Below the pieces are notes generated by a model. The model was given only the letters and a program-made list of their open reading frames with translations. It made no database searches and was not told the origin of the DNA. 10,065 bases of DNA from Thermodesulfobacteriota bacterium (GTDB taxonomy: Bacteria; Desulfobacterota_D; UBA1144). Shown in pieces: positions 6,940 through 10,065 of this stretch; the first letter of the stretch is position 1; each line of letters starts with the position of its first letter. The stretch lies in NCBI GenBank assembly GCA_029246845.1, contig JAQWMJ010000052.1:1-10065 (forward strand). The letters are read 5' to 3'. A program made the position numbers and the translations under genes.

Positions 6940-7786
6940 GAAGAACTCCATCAATAGTTTGCTTAATTAGCCAAGGTGGAGTTGAAGCACCTGCAGTAAT
7001 CCCTATAACTTTATTTTCTAAACACATATTTAAATCTTTAATCTCTTTGAATGTTTCAATTTGATAAGTATTTTTATTAACATGTTTACATATATCAGCA
7101 ATCTCTTTTGTGTTTGAACTATTTTTACCCCCAATCACAAACATAATGTCTACATCTTTAGCGATTTCTTTTGATTCAATTTGCTTGTTGTTTATATCAT
7201 CACACAAAGTATCAATTGCTTTTATATTAATCTTACTAAGTGACTTAAATATATCTACTACATCCCAGAAAAGCTCTTTAGGTATAGTGGTTTGTGCTAC
7301 GACACCAATTTTATTTCCTGGTATTTGATTTAAAATAAGCTCATTTTTATCTTTGATTACCATAACACTTTCATCTTTAGCGTAACTTTTTGCACCTATA
7401 ACCTCAGGATGCTTATTATTTCCAACTATAATAACAAAATAGCCATTGTCAGATAGATATTTCACAGCAAATTGTAATTTTTTAACTATTGGACAAGTCA
7501 TGTCAATAACGTTAATTTCTGATTCTTCTAAGTTTTTTTCTTGATAATTAGGTATCCCGTGGGCTCTTATAATTATTGTTCCTTTCTCATTTTTCTTTAT
7601 CTCATCGACTACAGACAAACCTTTTTTTTGTAAAATATCTACAACTTGTGGGTTGTGAATTAATGGGCCAAATGATTTTACATTTTTATTTGAATTTTCA
7701 TTTAAAACTTCTTCGGCAGTAGTAATTGCTTTCTCAACTCCAAAACAAACTCCAGCGCTATCTGAAATTATTAGCTTCTTAGGCAT
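6929..7786 (-). CDS. ispH: 4-hydroxy-3-methylbut-2-enyl diphosphate reductase (MEP pathway)
   Basis: AGVCFGV (C14), IHNP (H44), IRAHG (H76), TCP (C98), HPEV (H126/E128), QTT, TLC (C195), GGKNSSNT, GITAGASTP. GGTGA SD 6 nt upstream; 8-nt overlap (ATGCCTAA) with cmk. Confidence 0.96.
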   Translation of the reverse strand: MPKKLIISDSAGVCFGVEKAITTAEEVLNENSNKNVKSFGPLIHNPQVVDILQKKGLSVVDEIKKNEKGTIIIRAHGIPNYQEKNLEESEINVIDMTCPIVKKLQFAVKYLSDNGYFVIIVGNNKHPEVIGAKSYAKDESVMVIKDKNELILNQIPGNKIGVVAQTTIPKELFWDVVDIFKSLSKINIKAIDTLCDDINNKQIESKEIAKDVDIMFVIGGKNSSNTKEIADICKHVNKNTYQIETFKEIKDLNMCLENKVIGITAGASTPPWLIKQTIDGVLHAG

Positions 7787-8438
7787 TTTTTATCACCGAT
7801 TCGATTTTTAGAACTACCTCATTAACAGTCATACTACTTGTGTCTATTATAACAGCATCATCGGCAGGATGGAGAGGACAAGATTCTCTGGTCATATCTA
7901 ACCGATCTCTATCTTTTATTTCTTTTGAAACCCTTTCTTCGTTCATATTAATTCCTAATATTTCTTTTAATTGATTAGCTCTTCTTTTTGCTCTTATTTC
8001 TAAGTCAGCATCTAAATAAAACTTATGCTTAGCATCAGGAAAAACATAAGTCCCCATGTCTCTCCCTTCGGCAATGTAGTCTTTATTCTTAACTAACCTT
8101 CTTTGCATCTGTCTGAGTATTTTTCTAACAAAATCATTGGCAGCAAACTTAGAAGCTAAAGTTGATATTTCATTAGTTCTTATTTCTTCTGTAACATCGT
8201 CAGTATTTAGTAAAACTCTTTCGCTACCTTCTTCATCTGTAAATTGAATATGGAGATCTATTAGTATTTTTTTTAACTTACTTAAGTCTTTTTCTGTTAC
8301 ACCATTTAAGTCGGCAAAAAGGGCTAGGGCTCTATACATTGCACCAGAGTCCAAATATCTAAAGCCTAAAGATTTTGATATCGCCTTTGCTATCGTTCCT
8401 TTTCCTACACCTGCGGGACCATCAATTGTTATAATCAT
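7779..8438 (-). CDS. cmk: Cytidylate kinase
   Basis: ITIDGPAGVGKGT P-loop, LDSGAMYR, EGRDMGT.VFP.A..K.YL.A, RD..D..R...PL..A.DA..IDTS. Start revised from 8501 to ATG 8438 (219 aa), 7 nt after the aroA stop. Confidence 0.96.
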   Translation of the reverse strand: MIITIDGPAGVGKGTIAKAISKSLGFRYLDSGAMYRALALFADLNGVTEKDLSKLKKILIDLHIQFTDEEGSERVLLNTDDVTEEIRTNEISTLASKFAANDFVRKILRQMQRRLVKNKDYIAEGRDMGTYVFPDAKHKFYLDADLEIRAKRRANQLKEILGINMNEERVSKEIKDRDRLDMTRESCPLHPADDAVIIDTSSMTVNEVVLKIESVIKNA

Positions 8439-8445
8439 AGAGCTA

Positions 8446-9750
8446 CTATTTCCTAAAATTATTAAGTGTCTCAAAGAAATTTGGGAATGATATAGAAACA
8501 CATTCTGGTTCTTTTATTGAGGTAAGACCCTTAGCTATTGTTCCTGCAATCGCAAGAGTCATTGCTATCCTGTGGTCCATATGGCTTTCGCAATTCGATC
8601 CCTTGAGGCTATCTTTTCCTTTAATTAAAATACCACTATCAGTTTCCTCTATATCGCTACCAAGTTTTTTTAACTCACTCACGGTAGTCTTTATTCGATC
8701 AGATTCCTTAAATCTTAGTTCACCTGCATCTAAAATCTCTGAGGTTCCTTCAGCTACAGAACAGGCAAGAGATAGAATGGGTATTTCGTCTATTACCAAT
8801 GGAATAGAATCCTTCTCGATCTTTATAGATTTTAATTTACTGCTTTTGACTAAAACATCACCGATTAATTCACCGCTTATTTCATGAGTATTTGAAGTCT
8901 CAATTTCTGCACCCATTTTTTTCAAAATTTCGATAAAATGAACCCTAGTACTGTTCAAGCAAACATTCTTTATGGTAAGTTCCGAATTTTTGTTTAATAG
9001 AGCAGCGACAATAAAGAAAGCTGCGGACGAAGGATCGCCAGGTATATCAAAAGATTCAATTTTTATCTTAGGCTCAGGTTGAATGATGATTTCATCATTT
9101 TCGATAGTTAAGTTGTTTGTGCATGATTTAAGCATTATTTCAGTATGATTTCTGGATTTCTTAATTTCTTTAAGTCTTGTCTCACCCTCAGCGCATAAGG
9201 CAGCAAAAATTAGTGCAGTTTTGACTTGAGCAGAACCTAATTCCAGATTGAGCTTCACTCCCTTCAGTTGAGAAGGAGAAATTGCTAGTGGCAAATTGCC
9301 TTCGGTAGACAATATCGATGCTCCCATTTTCTGAAGTGGCTCGATTACTCTACTCATTGGACGTGTTCTTAAAGAATCATCACCATCTAGTCTGGATTCA
9401 AAGCTTTGACCGCTTAAAAGACCCATCATAAGTCTTGCTGTTGTTCCTGAGTTACCACAATCTAATATCCCTTCTGATGCAACAAATTCCTTAGCACCTC
9501 TTCCACGAACAAAAATATTTCCTTTAACTTCTGCAAACTGTACACCTATATCAGCGAGACATTTTATTGTTGTCTGCAGATCACTAGCTATGGTTCTCAC
9601 ATCCTCGGACATAGCAAGATTAGATATCTTTGTCATGTCTTTATTGAGAGATGCTATAAACAGTGCCCTATGAGCAATAGATTTATCTGCAGGAACCTGC
9701 ATGTCCCCTTTGAAAAAATAGTCAGAACTTTTAATTTCAATTTTATCCAT
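8446..9750 (-). CDS. aroA: 3-phosphoshikimate 1-carboxyvinyltransferase (EPSP synthase), class II-like
   Basis: PADKSIAHR, DCGNSGTTAR, SLRTRPM, SAQVK, SRNHTE, PGDPSSAAF, NSTR, IDEIP, ELRFKESDR, DHRIAM, SFPNF. Confidence 0.97.
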   Translation of the reverse strand: MDKIEIKSSDYFFKGDMQVPADKSIAHRALFIASLNKDMTKISNLAMSEDVRTIASDLQTTIKCLADIGVQFAEVKGNIFVRGRGAKEFVASEGILDCGNSGTTARLMMGLLSGQSFESRLDGDDSLRTRPMSRVIEPLQKMGASILSTEGNLPLAISPSQLKGVKLNLELGSAQVKTALIFAALCAEGETRLKEIKKSRNHTEIMLKSCTNNLTIENDEIIIQPEPKIKIESFDIPGDPSSAAFFIVAALLNKNSELTIKNVCLNSTRVHFIEILKKMGAEIETSNTHEISGELIGDVLVKSSKLKSIKIEKDSIPLVIDEIPILSLACSVAEGTSEILDAGELRFKESDRIKTTVSELKKLGSDIEETDSGILIKGKDSLKGSNCESHMDHRIAMTLAIAGTIAKGLTSIKEPECVSISFPNFFETLNNFRK

Positions 9751-9766
9751 TTTTATCTCGTTACGT

Positions 9767-9773
9767 TATAATA
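9767..9773. promoter_or_regulatory. Overlapping opposite-strand -10 boxes (candidate bidirectional promoter for the aroA operon and the DUF1152-like gene)
   Basis: TATAAT on + (9767-9772) overlaps TATTAT on - (9773-9768) in the middle of a 36-bp divergent spacer. -35 matches are poor. Confidence 0.4.
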
Positions 9774-9786
9774 CCTAATATATCCT

Positions 9787-10065
9787 ATGCTGAAATCTTT
9801 TTTAAAATATAAGAAAGCTCTGCTTGTTGGAATAGGCGGGGGAGCCGATGTTATTGGAACAATTCCAACGAAGCTCCACCTAGAGTCTTTTGGAATTAAA
9901 TGTGTTCTGGGTGGCATACCATGGGAAAGATATTCAATCGATCCATTTCCTGGTCCCCGACCTTTTGACCAAATAGTTAATGTTGCTAATATTAATGATA
10001 GCTTGTGTTGGGCAACGGAAAAAACTAAAACTCAAGATGGGCTATTCTTTAGTGAATCAAAAGCC
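9787..10065 (+). CDS. DUF1152-like protein of unknown function, 3'-truncated by the window edge (absent from the ORF track)
   Basis: Hand translation is open to the edge for 93 aa: MLKSFLKYKKALLVGIGGGADVIGTIPTKLHLESFGIKCVLGGIPWERYSIDPFPGPRPFDQIVNVANINDSLCWATEKTKTQDGLFFSESKA. The GIGGGxD and WER..xDP.PGPR motifs match my recollection of DUF1152. Confidence 0.8.
   Translation, partial: MLKSFLKYKKALLVGIGGGADVIGTIPTKLHLESFGIKCVLGGIPWERYSIDPFPGPRPFDQIVNVANINDSLCWATEKTKTQDGLFFSESKA

Noticed and set aside
6940..6954. MMEFF extension of SppA, or a possible rpsA remnant
   Set aside because: Too short to be informative, lies in ispH coding sequence, and contains the GGAG SD for ATG 6939.
7110..7328. 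72-aa plus-strand ORF
   Set aside because: Antisense shadow of ispH.
8439..8501. 21-aa N-terminal extension of Cmk in the ORF track
   Set aside because: It overlaps aroA by 56 nt; the Cmk fold begins at ATG 8438 (MIITIDG).
8603..8887. 94-aa plus-strand ORF
   Set aside because: Antisense shadow of aroA.
1..10065. tRNA, ncRNA, riboswitch, CRISPR array or mobile element
   Set aside because: The largest intergenic space is 76 nt and is filled by promoter motifs. I saw no periodic repeats, terminal inverted repeats, transposase or integrase.

Overview
AT-rich (roughly one-third GC by eye), very densely packed bacterial core-genome region. About 141 of 10065 nt are intergenic. It holds 12 protein genes. 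On + is a 5'-truncated sodium:solute symporter, convergent with an A-type Fe-S carrier (erpA/iscA family, -). A divergent Xaa-Pro peptidase-mazG pair follows on +. A long minus-strand run reads aroA-cmk-ispH-sppA-lapA-like-lipA-apgM. At the right edge is a 3'-truncated DUF1152-like gene that the ORF track omits. I found no RNA genes, mobile elements, CRISPR arrays, defence systems or convincing novel system. The best observations are modest: (i) three sigma70-like promoters placed so transcription would start at the ATG (leaderless mRNAs), while operon-internal genes have Shine-Dalgarno motifs; (ii) rpsA and ihfB are absent from a normally conserved cluster; (iii) the DUF1152-like gene shares a 36-bp spacer with aroA; (iv) insertions or motif changes in LipA, AroA, IspH and MazG. 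Gene order and composition would fit a streamlined lineage related to Desulfobacterota, such as marine Dadabacteria, but this is inference only.
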